Positions 1 through 8,748 of a stretch of 64,000 bases of DNA are shown here, piece after piece. A program made the translations under genes and the position numbers. Below the pieces are notes generated by a model. That model searched no databases. It was not told the origin of the DNA and worked only from the letters and a program-made list of their open reading frames with translations. Numbering within the stretch: position 1 is the first letter of the stretch; every line of letters begins with the position of its first letter. Source of the stretch: Candidatus Altiarchaeota archaeon (GTDB lineage Archaea > Altiarchaeota > Altiarchaeia > IMC4 > SCGC-AAA252-I15); NCBI GenBank assembly GCA_043800255.1, contig JAZDNF010000001.1, forward strand, positions 128,001 through 192,000. The letters are read 5' to 3'.

Positions 1-1
1 C

Positions 2-316
2 TTCGGCCTGCTCATCATAAGGTCTGACGTGGGAGAGGGCGACAGCAGATTCTATTCGAGGAGCCCTCTGCTTTCAGGCTTCCTCCTAATCTTTTTCACA
101 GAGTGGGGCGATAAGACCCAGATTCTCGCGGCATTGTTCGCAGCCAAGTACAGTCCCATCCTGGTTCTGGCCGGCACGGTGGCGTCCATGGCTTTATTGT
201 CCGCAGCGGCAGTTTACATCGGAAAGCGCATGTCAGACAAGATTGACAAGAAAAAGATAAGCAAGCTCGCAGGGTTTGTTTTCATCCTCCTCGGTGTGGC
301 GTCGCTCTTGCTTTAG
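2..316 (+). CDS. TMEM165/GDT1 (UPF0016) family Ca2+/Mn2+ transporter, C-terminal part (5'-truncated by window)
   Basis: FFTEWGDKTQ signature (E-phi-G-D-K-T), hydrophobic helices; frame is open from position 2. Confidence 0.85.
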   Translation, partial: FGLLIIRSDVGEGDSRFYSRSPLLSGFLLIFFTEWGDKTQILAALFAAKYSPILVLAGTVASMALLSAAAVYIGKRMSDKIDKKKISKLAGFVFILLGVASLLL

Positions 317-382
317 ACGTTTGGATTCTCAGGAGTTTGACTCTTTTTTAGCCTATCCCTCGTTATAACCTATTGTCCGCAT

Positions 383-790
383 ATGGTTGAAGCTAGAAGA
401 ATCTCTCGGAGGGAATTTCTGGGGGAAGCGGCTGTTGTAGCCGGTTCTGTGGCACTGCCTGGCATCATGGGCGCATGCGAGAAGCATGATGAGTACGTCC
501 TACTGGAAGCGACAGTCAAGAAGAAAACATACGAACCGTCATCCGAAGATTCAAAGAAGGCTGAGCTTAGTTTCATCGTCACCGGCGACTTCAAGGGCGA
601 GAAGACGATAATAGTCGACAACCATCGCGGCTTATACAACGATGAGATCAAAGAGCTTAACAGACTGTTCAAAGGCGAAGGAGATAAACTAGCGATTGTC
701 CGAGGCAGGCCTGGCGTCTCCTACATCACCGAAAGAGACGTGAAGGGTAGGACGATAAAAGTCGGGCACGAGCACATACAAAAACTATAA
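383..790 (+). CDS. Hypothetical Tat-exported lipoprotein
   Basis: SRREFL twin-arginine motif, hydrophobic stretch, lipobox-like MGAC. Confidence 0.6.
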   Translation: MVEARRISRREFLGEAAVVAGSVALPGIMGACEKHDEYVLLEATVKKKTYEPSSEDSKKAELSFIVTGDFKGEKTIIVDNHRGLYNDEIKELNRLFKGEGDKLAIVRGRPGVSYITERDVKGRTIKVGHEHIQKL

Positions 791-1021
791 ATCGAGATTT
801 CCACCAGTCTGTGACTGGTGGCGGAAATCTTCTGTCAAGAACCTTTCCCCTCTGATCTCATGATGCCGGTCGTAGACCGGCAGTTCTTGACAAAGTTCTG
901 CGAGCCTGACATGATCTGCACGGCCGAATCGCGAGGCACTAAAGTGCCTGCGCGCAGAGACCGCAGGTATCTTGCGTATCGGCCGGATAATGTGCGTTTC
1001 GGCCTGCGGCCTCAAGCGCAC
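784..1021. repeat. Hairpin-rich dispersed non-coding element, copy A
   Basis: 784-821 is identical (38 bp) to 13532-13569; stem TGTCAAGAAC (833-842)/GTTCTTGACA (883-892) is shared with copy B; 977-994 is the reverse complement of 5301-5318. Confidence 0.85.
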
Positions 1022-1048
1022 TTAATAGAATTATTTATTAAATCTGAG

Positions 1049-1175
1049 CGAGCCCGACGGGGTTTGAACCCGCGACCCCTCGGTTTCTCTGCTAGGCGCT
1101 GTCCGATAGGACAGAGCGAGCCCCATGGGGGCGAGCGTAAAAGCCGAGTGCTCTGCCAAACTGAGCTACGGGCCC
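1049..1175 (-). tRNA. tRNA-Lys(UUU) with 53-nt intron at 37/38 (intron 1085-1137)
   Basis: Cloverleaf GGGCCCG...CGGGCTC-G; anticodon stem CTCGG/CCGAG with TTT at 1141-1139; TTCAAA T-loop; bulge-helix-bulge (CTTT/AGAG central helix, 3-nt bulges). Confidence 0.95.
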
Positions 1176-1217
1176 GTTGAAGTATAATCTTTAGGGGGGT
1201 TGTATTAAAATATTGTT

Positions 1218-2567
1218 CTATTGTCCGTACTCCCCTGTTATGAGTTGTTTAAGCGGTTTGTAGTCTGCTGGCAGTTCTGTTACGGTCTCTTTTTTGCCGT
1301 CCAGTTTGGACAGGCTTTCAGGCACGGGCGGCTTGATTCCGATGGCTTTTATGATCTCTTCCGGGAATTTAGCCGGGTCGGCTGTTTCTATGGATATTGC
1401 AGGGGTCTTGGTTCCTGTCTTCTGCAGATACTTCTGCAGCGCTGCCCAGCCTACGGCGCCGTGCGGTTCCAGTATTGTCTTGTGTTTCTTGTAGACTTCA
1501 ACTATCGTCTGCCTGGTCTCCTCGTCTGTTACGCTCTCAGCCGCCACGTCTCTCCGTAGTGCTTCCATGTCCGGCTTCTGGTGTATGGCTCCTCTCTCAT
1601 CCATCCGTCCGCCGTAAATGTGTATGAGCCTGGCGAGGTTGCTGGGGTGGCCGACGTTCATCGCATTTGAGATGCAGTTTCTTGAGGGTCTCACAGGCTT
1701 GTAAGCTCCCGTCTTTAGGAAGTTGGGGAATTCATCGTTCTCGTTGGTGGCTGCTATGAACTTCTCCACAGGCAGGCCCATGTTTTTCGCCAGGATGCCA
1801 CCCATCAGGTTCCCGAAGTTGCCTGAAGGCACTGAGAATACCTTCCTATCTCCTTCTACTCTTGAGTGGCCGTAAAAGTAGTAGACTGCCTGCGGCAGCA
1901 GCCTCCCGAAGTTTATGGAATTCGCAGAAGACAGCCTCACCTGCTCGTTCAGTTCTTTGTCTCTGAAGGCTTCCTTTGCGAGAGCCTGGCAGTCGTCGAA
2001 TTTCCCGTCAACAGCAACGGCAGTGACATTGCCTCCGAGGGTTGTCATCTGCCTCCTCTGCCTGCCTGTGACCTCCTTCGCAGGGAACAAGATCATGACT
2101 TCGATGTTCTTGAGGTTGTGTAATGCCGCTGCTATCGCGCCGCCGGTGTCGCCTGAGGTTGCTACAAGTATGACAAGCTTCCCGTCCTCCTTCTGAGTGT
2201 AATACTGCATGAGCCTCGCCATCATGCGGGCTGCGAAATCCTTGAATGCGAGCGTCGGACCCTCATCCAGCCAGAGTATGTGCTGGCTGCCGCTGACATG
2301 CTGCACCGGCACCGAAAAATTGTAGGCCTCCTCCGTTATTCTCATGAGGCTTTTCGAGTCCACCTCATCTTTCAGGAATCTGCCGGTCACCTCATAGGCT
2401 ATCTCAGAGTAGCTTTTCCCAGCGAAGGACGCTATCGCATCCTCGCTCAATTGCGGGATCGTCTTAGGCATGTACAGCCCGCCGTCCGGAGCCTGACCCT
2501 GCAACAGCACCTCCCCAAAGGATTTCGCTCTCGATTTCCCGTTCGTGCTCACATAAGAGGTTGGCAT
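1218..2567 (-). CDS. thrC: Threonine synthase (long, bacterial/fungal-type)
   Basis: APDGGLY N-domain, GPTLAFKD PLP lysine, ATSGDTG, NSINFGRL, VPSGNFGN. Confidence 0.95.
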   Translation of the reverse strand: MPTSYVSTNGKSRAKSFGEVLLQGQAPDGGLYMPKTIPQLSEDAIASFAGKSYSEIAYEVTGRFLKDEVDSKSLMRITEEAYNFSVPVQHVSGSQHILWLDEGPTLAFKDFAARMMARLMQYYTQKEDGKLVILVATSGDTGGAIAAALHNLKNIEVMILFPAKEVTGRQRRQMTTLGGNVTAVAVDGKFDDCQALAKEAFRDKELNEQVRLSSANSINFGRLLPQAVYYFYGHSRVEGDRKVFSVPSGNFGNLMGGILAKNMGLPVEKFIAATNENDEFPNFLKTGAYKPVRPSRNCISNAMNVGHPSNLARLIHIYGGRMDERGAIHQKPDMEALRRDVAAESVTDEETRQTIVEVYKKHKTILEPHGAVGWAALQKYLQKTGTKTPAISIETADPAKFPEEIIKAIGIKPPVPESLSKLDGKKETVTELPADYKPLKQLITGEYGQ

Positions 2568-2608
2568 AGTAGACAGATATTTAAGAAGCTTTTTTAATAT
2601 TTACCATA

Positions 2609-3289
2609 ATGAGCGGAATAAAGGCCGTTTTCTTCGATATCGACAACACCTTGTACAATACCTGCAGGCTTGCTGAAGCATCGAGGAGGAACGCGATAAA
2701 GGCTATGATAGAGGCGGGCCTCACGATTGAGGAGGAGGAAGGCTACAGGAAGCTCCTTGAAATAGTGAGAAAACACGGCCCGAACTTCGACCACCACTAT
2801 GATGTGCTGGTGAAAAAGTACTCCGGCGAGAAGAAGCATAAGATAATAGCAGCGGGCATAGTCGCATACCATACTACGAAATTGGGCTATCTTGTGCCCT
2901 ATCCTGAGACCATCCCGATGCTGTTGAAGCTGAAGCAGGCTGGCATCAGACTGGGGATCATAAGCAACGGGGTTCCGACAAAGCAGTGGGAGAAGCTGAT
3001 ACGGCTTGGACTGCAGCATTTCTTTGACTACGTCATCATATCGGAGGACAAGGTACAGAAGCCTGATCCGAGGATTTTCGGGGGGGCTGTCGTCAGGGCA
3101 GGCTGCAGGCCTGAGGAGACCATGATGGTCGGAGACGACATAATGAAGGACATTTCAGGGGCTAACAAGGCCGGGATGAATACGGTATTGGTCGCCAGAG
3201 GCGAGACTAAGAAGCCCAGACGCAAGGCCGATGAACCGGATTACCTGATAAAGGATCTCAGAGGATTGCTCGGGATTCTGAACATATGA
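2609..3289 (+). CDS. HAD-superfamily hydrolase (TIGR02253-like)
   Basis: FFDIDNTL, IISNG, KPDPRIF, MVGDDIMKD motifs. Confidence 0.9.
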   Translation: MSGIKAVFFDIDNTLYNTCRLAEASRRNAIKAMIEAGLTIEEEEGYRKLLEIVRKHGPNFDHHYDVLVKKYSGEKKHKIIAAGIVAYHTTKLGYLVPYPETIPMLLKLKQAGIRLGIISNGVPTKQWEKLIRLGLQHFFDYVIISEDKVQKPDPRIFGGAVVRAGCRPEETMMVGDDIMKDISGANKAGMNTVLVARGETKKPRRKADEPDYLIKDLRGLLGILNI

Positions 3290-3666
3290 TGTGCGCGAGA
3301 ATAAAATCCAATGCATTGGAGTTCATACTCGGCGTGTCAAGGAGCTTGCATCCGAGGGAGTTCACAGGCCAGCTTAGGGGCGAGGGAGACCTGATAACCG
3401 AGACGCTCGTGATTCCAGCGTCAACATTCGGAAATGGCTTCGCGACAACGCGCTTTGACATGATACCCCTAGACAAGTCCATAATAGGCAGCATCCACTC
3501 TCACCCTAGTAACACTTACCGCCCATCCGAGGCAGACTTCAGGTACTTCGAGAGGGGAGGCAGCATACACCTGATCGTAAGATACCCTTACAACGGTTTA
3601 GGGGATGTTGCAGCCTACACCAGCAGCGGCGAGAGGATAAGCTTGGAGGTCGATGATGAAAACTGA
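3286..3666 (+). CDS. JAMM/MPN+ (Mov34) metalloprotease
   Basis: HPREF...GSIHSHPS...PSEAD JAMM motif. Confidence 0.9.
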   Translation: MMCARIKSNALEFILGVSRSLHPREFTGQLRGEGDLITETLVIPASTFGNGFATTRFDMIPLDKSIIGSIHSHPSNTYRPSEADFRYFERGGSIHLIVRYPYNGLGDVAAYTSSGERISLEVDDEN

Positions 3667-4102
3667 GGTTGCTCTGCTCTTGATAGTCCTAGCAGCATCA
3701 AGCGGCTGCGTCCGCACCCAGCCGAACAATCCTGTAAGCATAAACGCCTCCCAGGATTATGAGGTTTACGGATTCGACGACGGCTTTGACAGCGTCCTCG
3801 GAAATAGGATGATCATCGGAATGGTGCAGGCAGAGAAGCCTGAACGGATAACAGCCCAGATCGAGAGCGGCTTCAAAACCCTGTACGAGAACAACAGCGC
3901 GAGAGACTACTATGTGGTCGAACTCAGGCACGGCGACGATGTGGTATTATTCGTGAGAAAAGGCGTTGACATCGGAGAATACGTTACTGGGAAAATAGAC
4001 GCCGCAGAATTCAACACTAGAAACAAGAACACGATGTCCTACTTCTACGGGCGAATAAACCAGACATTAGACAATGAGACCTTCGACGCAACGCTCATCT
4101 GA
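3653..4102 (+). CDS. Hypothetical lipoprotein
   Basis: Signal peptide with lipobox SSGC; overlaps upstream stop; several N-x-S/T sequons. Confidence 0.6.
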   Translation: MMKTEVALLLIVLAASSGCVRTQPNNPVSINASQDYEVYGFDDGFDSVLGNRMIIGMVQAEKPERITAQIESGFKTLYENNSARDYYVVELRHGDDVVLFVRKGVDIGEYVTGKIDAAEFNTRNKNTMSYFYGRINQTLDNETFDATLI

Positions 4103-4147
4103 GGACTATGGCCGATCTATTTATGCTATCAACATTAATTATCTGAC

Positions 4148-4834
4148 ATGGCAGGGAGAATATCCACCGGCATAAAAGGTATTGACTCAATGCTCGAAGG
4201 CGGAATAGAAGATGGCTCCGTCATACTAGTCTCAGGAGTCAGCGGAACTGGGAAGACCATACTGGCGCTCCAGTACCTGCAGCAGGGCCTATCAGAGGGC
4301 GAAACCGTATTATACGTAACATTCAAGGAATCTGAAGAATCCCTTAAGAGGACGATAAAAACCATGGGATGGAAATTGTCCGACTCTGACAGAAAATTCC
4401 GCGTGCTGGAGATAAGCCCCGAAGAGATCCCAGACCTCATCCAGTCAGACTGCAAGATAATATTGCAGGTTTTGGAAGCTCATAAGCCCAAAAGAGTTGT
4501 CATAGACGCTATCACAACATTCTCTCTATACTCAGAAGGCCTTGAGCTCAGGCAAAGCATCTTCAAACTCTACAATCTCATGCGCTCAGGAGACCACACC
4601 ACACTACTCCTATCAGACCTCGACCGAAGGCGCCAGGAGGAGACAACCCACGAGTTCATCGAACCCTACGTCGACGGCATAATAGCATTATACTCCCTCG
4701 TAAGAACCGACGCACGCTACAAAGCCATAGAAGTCCTCAAAATGAGACGCACAGACCACCACACCAAAAGAGTCTGGTACAAGATAAAAGACGGATTCGA
4801 AGTCGACTACCGACCCTACACCACAATATGGTAA
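4148..4834 (+). CDS. KaiC-like RecA-superfamily ATPase (single domain)
   Basis: ISTGIKGIDSMLEGG, Walker A GVSGTGKT, Walker B VVIDAI, VLKMR. Confidence 0.9.
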   Translation: MAGRISTGIKGIDSMLEGGIEDGSVILVSGVSGTGKTILALQYLQQGLSEGETVLYVTFKESEESLKRTIKTMGWKLSDSDRKFRVLEISPEEIPDLIQSDCKIILQVLEAHKPKRVVIDAITTFSLYSEGLELRQSIFKLYNLMRSGDHTTLLLSDLDRRRQEETTHEFIEPYVDGIIALYSLVRTDARYKAIEVLKMRRTDHHTKRVWYKIKDGFEVDYRPYTTIW

Positions 4835-5113
4835 CAACCTTTTTCTTTGAAACTTTTACCAAAAAGTTTCATCAAAAGAAACTATTTTAGTCCGTTAAAC
4901 ATACTCTTATATCACTCACGCCCGCGTGGGGTAGCCTGGCAACCTTTTTCTTTATGAAAGAAAAACGCAACGAAGACAAAGAGTCTTCGTGCGCAACGAG
5001 ACGAAGTCTCGTTTGCGTTGATGAAAAAGAAAAGGAATTTGCTTCGCAAATTCAACTTATTTTAGCTCCTTTCACATACTATATTCTACCAACGCCCGCG
5101 TGGGGTAGCCTGG
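4835..5113 (+). repeat. Imperfect tandem duplication (4835-4939, 4940-5113): CAACCTTTTTCTTT-hairpin unit, tRNA upstream region and tRNA-Arg 5' end
   Basis: CAACCTTTTTCTTT at 4835 and 4940; TATTTTAG...ACATACT in both units; ACGCCCGCGTGGGGTAGCCTGG at 4918-4939 and 5092-5113. Confidence 0.85.
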
Positions 5114-5209
5114 ATATCCTAGAGGGTTGCGGAGAACCTCGTTCTAGAACCAGCGAACAATGAGGTTCGCAGCCACCCTCCGACCCGAGTTCGAATCTCG
5201 GCGCGGGCA
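5094..5209 (+). tRNA. tRNA-Arg(GCG) with 42-nt intron at 37/38 (intron 5133-5174)
   Basis: Acceptor GCCCGCG/CGCGGGC, anticodon stem GAGGG/CCCTC, GCG at 5129-5131, TTCGAAT T-loop; canonical BHB (TTGC/GCAG helix; GAACCTC/GAGGTTC outer helix). Confidence 0.95.
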
Positions 5210-5346
5210 ACCTTTCCTAAAGGTTGATCAAATGAGCCACATGCGCTCGCTACGCTCGCTTAGTGGCTCAGACAGTGTCATCGAGCGATAGCGAAGATGA
5301 CACATTATCCGGCCGATAACTCGGCCTTCGAATCTCGGCGCGGGCA
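5210..5346 (+). repeat. Hairpin-rich insert ending in a 20-bp direct repeat of the tRNA-Arg 3' end (att-like)
   Basis: TTCGAATCTCGGCGCGGGCA at 5190-5209 and 5327-5346; hairpins CAACCTTT/AAAGGTTG, TGAGCCAC/GTGGCTCA, GTGTCATC/GATGACAC, GGCCGA/TCGGCC. Confidence 0.85.
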
Positions 5347-5458
5347 TAGAACAAAAAATAGGTTGCAGTCTAGCGTTTATCCTGATTCATGAACGCATTG
5401 TTCAAGCTACGCCTCCGACACACCTCTCTTTTTAAGCTTGATTTCCTTTTAATGGTCT

Positions 5459-5665
5459 ATGGTAGAAGGCTGTTGCGGCTCTTCAAAATCCTGTTGTGAG
5501 AGTATCCCAGAGCATAAGATGTGCAGGCTGACCCAGCCGCCAAATAAGTTTGACGTGGAGAAAGTCAAAAAACTCACTTCGAACCCCCAACACCTCTGTA
5601 AATGCTGTGGCAGAACCGCAAATGACCCGGAAAACCTGTGTAATCCAACACAATTAAAAATCTGA
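5459..5665 (+). CDS. Small Cys-rich putative metal-binding protein
   Basis: 68 aa; CC..CC, HKMC, CKCCGR, LCNP; TTTTTAAG box upstream. Confidence 0.7.
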   Translation: MVEGCCGSSKSCCESIPEHKMCRLTQPPNKFDVEKVKKLTSNPQHLCKCCGRTANDPENLCNPTQLKI

Positions 5666-5740
5666 TCTATACCCCTTTTCGAACAGTCTGTCTAGGGTGT
5701 GGTGTGCGCTTCTCTTAACGAAAAAGAAAGAAACTCGATC

Positions 5741-6907
5741 TCACTTGTTGAATAGTCTCTTTGTGATGATGGTCGCGTAACTGCCCTTCGGAAGCCTGAA
5801 CTTCAGATTGATTTTGTGCCTATCGACCTTGGTTTTCCTGTTTAATTCATCCGGCGTCGGCGGGGATATGCTGAAGTCTTCGGGCTTGACCGTTGTTCTC
5901 CTCTCATGGGATTTGAAGAAATTCCCGGTTCTGCTTCTGATGTCGAAGTCCTCGAGGCGTACGCCTTCATCAGCAAGTATGCCATCTATTATCGTCTGCT
6001 CGTATTCTGCAGGCTTCATATCGTGGCTGACGGTTTTGAATGTTTCTGGCAGCCTGTTCACTTCCTCGTCTGAAATGTTCTTGTAGAACAGCAGTGTTCC
6101 TAAGCTGTACCTGATTGGATAAAGTCTGCGCCTATCGATTTCCTTCAACAGAACCTGTTCGAGGCATCTGTTCCATATGTGGCTCTGGTATGTTGACACG
6201 AAAATCTCTCGCATGTTTGAGGGTATCCTCCTGTAGGCGTCCAGCCAGTCGCCTGTCCTCTTGTATCCGCCGACTATGGCGGCAGTACGGCCTTCACTCA
6301 GTTCCAACTCCGTTATCCTGTCCCAGTCTCTCAGCATAAGCCTCTTCCGCTCCTTCACGCTGGCTTTCTCCGACTTCGTGTATGCGGTAAGGAACGCCTT
6401 CACGGCATTCTCGTATTCCCCTCTCATTACGGACTTTATTATGAAATTTCCGTTGACGACGCTCCCAAACCTCTGCGAGTCGAAATAGTTCGGAACCCCT
6501 ATGCGGGTAATGCTCTCCGCCCGCTCGTATACTGGGCTGAGTTCGTTCTTCTTCAGGTCTCTGACGGTAATCTCAAACCCATTCCCCTTTAAGTCGCCCA
6601 GTCTGATGCTCCTGTCCAAGTAGCCCTGGAATTCGAGCCTGAAGTTCTTTTCCGCCAGCGTTATTATCCCATACTCTGACGGAACCGTCAGATACTGGGT
6701 TGTGACCGCATGCCTGTCCTTCAGGCCTGCAAATCCGAACTTTGAGATTGGAATGCCGTTTTTTTTCGATAGATGCCCCAAAAGGGCGAACGTCTCAAGC
6801 CCTCTCTTTTCAAGAGAATACAGCTTGTAGTCTCCGCGTTCCTCCGAAGTCTTGAACTCGCCCTCCTCGAAGACTTTGAAGTCCTCAGGCACCTGCTTCA
6901 GCTTCAT
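5741..6907 (-). CDS. truD: tRNA pseudouridine(13) synthase TruD
   Basis: PEDFKVFE, AGLKDRHAVTTQ, PNYFDSQRFG, FRLPKGSYAT. Confidence 0.95.
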   Translation of the reverse strand: MKLKQVPEDFKVFEEGEFKTSEERGDYKLYSLEKRGLETFALLGHLSKKNGIPISKFGFAGLKDRHAVTTQYLTVPSEYGIITLAEKNFRLEFQGYLDRSIRLGDLKGNGFEITVRDLKKNELSPVYERAESITRIGVPNYFDSQRFGSVVNGNFIIKSVMRGEYENAVKAFLTAYTKSEKASVKERKRLMLRDWDRITELELSEGRTAAIVGGYKRTGDWLDAYRRIPSNMREIFVSTYQSHIWNRCLEQVLLKEIDRRRLYPIRYSLGTLLFYKNISDEEVNRLPETFKTVSHDMKPAEYEQTIIDGILADEGVRLEDFDIRSRTGNFFKSHERRTTVKPEDFSISPPTPDELNRKTKVDRHKINLKFRLPKGSYATIITKRLFNK

Positions 6908-6997
6908 ACTCTAATCTAATCTCATGTCTGAGTTTAAAGCAGCGGGATTCAGGCTTAGGATATATAATGCGCTAATACATATATTGTAGGCTGTAAT

Positions 6998-8191
6998 GTG
7001 GACCACATTAGACAGGTTTTAGCGGGCGAACCTATAGGACAGAGGAAGCTTGAACTAGGGCTTAAGGCTGGTTCCATAGTCCTTGTCAGGAACTCCAGGC
7101 GGAGGATAAAGCCTATTGCCATCGGCGCGGGTGTTACCACAAAGGTTAACGCGAACGTTGGAACATCTCCTGGCAAGTTCAGCCTCAAGGACGAACTCGC
7201 GAAGGTCGACACTGCCGTGCGGGCCGGAGCTGACACTCTCATGGACTTGAGCGTCGAAGGAGGCTTGGACAGGATAAGAAGGGAGATCATAACGCACAGC
7301 AGAATACCGTTCGGCACCGTTCCAATCTATCAGGCTTTCAGGGAGAGCGGATTGGATCTGACACTCGACGGCTTCCTAAAAGTATTGGAGAAACACTGCA
7401 GAGACGGCGTAGACTTTGTGACAATACACGCTGGAATAACACGAGACCTGCTGCTTCACATCGAGAAGCGGATTATACCCGTAACCAGCAGGGGAGGGAG
7501 CTTTCTGGCGGCCTGGATGAGGCACAACAGGAAAGAGAACTTCCTCTATACCGGGTATGAGAGCGTGCTGGAAATCCTGAGAGAGTATGATGTCACCATC
7601 AGCTTGGGAGACGCTCTCAGGCCTGGGGCAGTCCATGATGCCACAGACAAGGGCCAACTGGGGGAGCTCAGGAACTTGGGCAAACTCACCAAGAAGGCGA
7701 GAGCAGAGAACGTGAAGGTGATCGTTGAAGGGCCTGGGCACGTCTCCCTGAACCAGATAGAAAAAAACATAAGACTGCAGAAGAGGATATGCGGTAACGC
7801 GCCATTCTACGTTCTAGGCCCGCTTGTCACAGACATTGGGTTGGGGCATGATCACATCACCTCCGCAATCGGCGGGGCTGTCGCGGCAGCAGCAGGAGCC
7901 GACTTCCTGTGCTATGTGACGCCGTCAGAGCATCTGGGGCTGCCAACGCTTGAGGATGTCCATAACGGTGTGATAGCCTCCAAGATAGCAGCTCACGCCG
8001 GCGACATCGTGAAACTTGGCCTAAGAGAGCAGGACGATAAAATGTCAAAGGCCCGCAGGACGCTGGACTGGGAGAGGATGTTCAAACTCGCCCTGGACTC
8101 CAGCGTCAGGGACAAATACCCGAAACTGAAAAAAAATGATGCCTGCACGATGTGCGGCGAATACTGTGCCCTCAAGGTCATGGGGAAGTGA
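6998..8191 (+). CDS. thiC: Phosphomethylpyrimidine synthase ThiC
   Basis: KVNANVGTS, GADTLMDLS, GTVPIYQ, SRGGS, EGPGH, C-terminal CTMCGEYC; GTG start. Confidence 0.93.
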   Translation: MDHIRQVLAGEPIGQRKLELGLKAGSIVLVRNSRRRIKPIAIGAGVTTKVNANVGTSPGKFSLKDELAKVDTAVRAGADTLMDLSVEGGLDRIRREIITHSRIPFGTVPIYQAFRESGLDLTLDGFLKVLEKHCRDGVDFVTIHAGITRDLLLHIEKRIIPVTSRGGSFLAAWMRHNRKENFLYTGYESVLEILREYDVTISLGDALRPGAVHDATDKGQLGELRNLGKLTKKARAENVKVIVEGPGHVSLNQIEKNIRLQKRICGNAPFYVLGPLVTDIGLGHDHITSAIGGAVAAAAGADFLCYVTPSEHLGLPTLEDVHNGVIASKIAAHAGDIVKLGLREQDDKMSKARRTLDWERMFKLALDSSVRDKYPKLKKNDACTMCGEYCALKVMGK

Positions 8192-8434
8192 TTTTTTAAT
8201 AACAAACGCTCTTATGTTAATGCCCGTATGCGAAGGTCGTCTTGAAAAGGTGATAGACGGTGCAAGATATTCCGGGCTACACTGCGCTGATGGCGTGTTG
8301 TACGACAGTGCCGACCGGCATTGGAGGAGTGATGCCCTCCGCACGAGTGAATACAAACCAACCCCAGCGCAGAACAACCTTAATCTATTTTTAAAGAATG
8401 GCGTCAATATAGTAAGTCAACTTTTTAGACTAAA

Positions 8435-8740
8435 ATGGAATACGTTTACGGTGCTTTGCTTTTGCACTCTGCAGGGCAGAAGGTGGATGAGACCTCCGTT
8501 ACGAAGGTTATGGAGGCTGCCGGCGTTAAGGTCGACAAGGCCCAAGTGAAAGCTCTTGTCGCGTCCTTAGACGGCGTGAACATCGACGATGCGATAAAGA
8601 CTGCAGCGCCGATGGTTGCCGCACCAGCCGCCCAAGCTCCAGCCGGAGCCAAGGCAGAGGATAAAAAGGAAGAGAAGAAGGAAGACGAAGGAAAGAGTGA
8701 GGAAGAAGCTGCTTCTGGTCTCGCATCCCTGTTTGGATAA
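8435..8740 (+). CDS. rpl12: 50S ribosomal stalk protein P1 (L12Ae)
   Basis: [11 protein letters not shown], Ala-rich hinge, acidic tail, GLASLFG. Confidence 0.97.
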   Translation: MEYVYGALLLHSAGQKVDETSVTKVMEAAGVKVDKAQVKALVASLDGVNIDDAIKTAAPMVAAPAAQAPAGAKAEDKKEEKKEDEGKSEEEAASGLASLFG

Positions 8741-8748
8741 GACTTCGA

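Noticed and set aside
818-1180. 120-aa ORF (also 785-1021 minus and 4954-5163 plus)
   Set aside because: They run through tRNA genes and hairpin elements; no protein-like features
4148-4834. KaiC-like ATPase as the VirB4/motor of the pilus system
   Set aside because: 228-aa single RecA-fold KaiC-type domain, not VirB4/HerA size or motifs, and unlinked
4920-5346. Split (trans-spliced) tRNA made from the 5' (4920-4939) and 3' (5327-5346) fragments
   Set aside because: The fragments cover only 20 nt each, the middle is missing, no complementary leader or trailer forming a BHB was found, and an intact gene lies between them
4835-5346. CRISPR mini-array
   Set aside because: Repeats are tRNA fragments or short motifs with irregular, self-complementary spacers; no cas genes
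6908-6997. TPP riboswitch upstream of thiC
   Set aside because: Short AT-rich divergent promoter region with no recognisable TPP aptamer core
8192-8434. ncRNA or small gene in the 243-nt gap before rpl12
   Set aside because: No RNase P, SRP or tRNA signature recognised; the open frame (8136-8549) overlaps both neighbours; left unexplained
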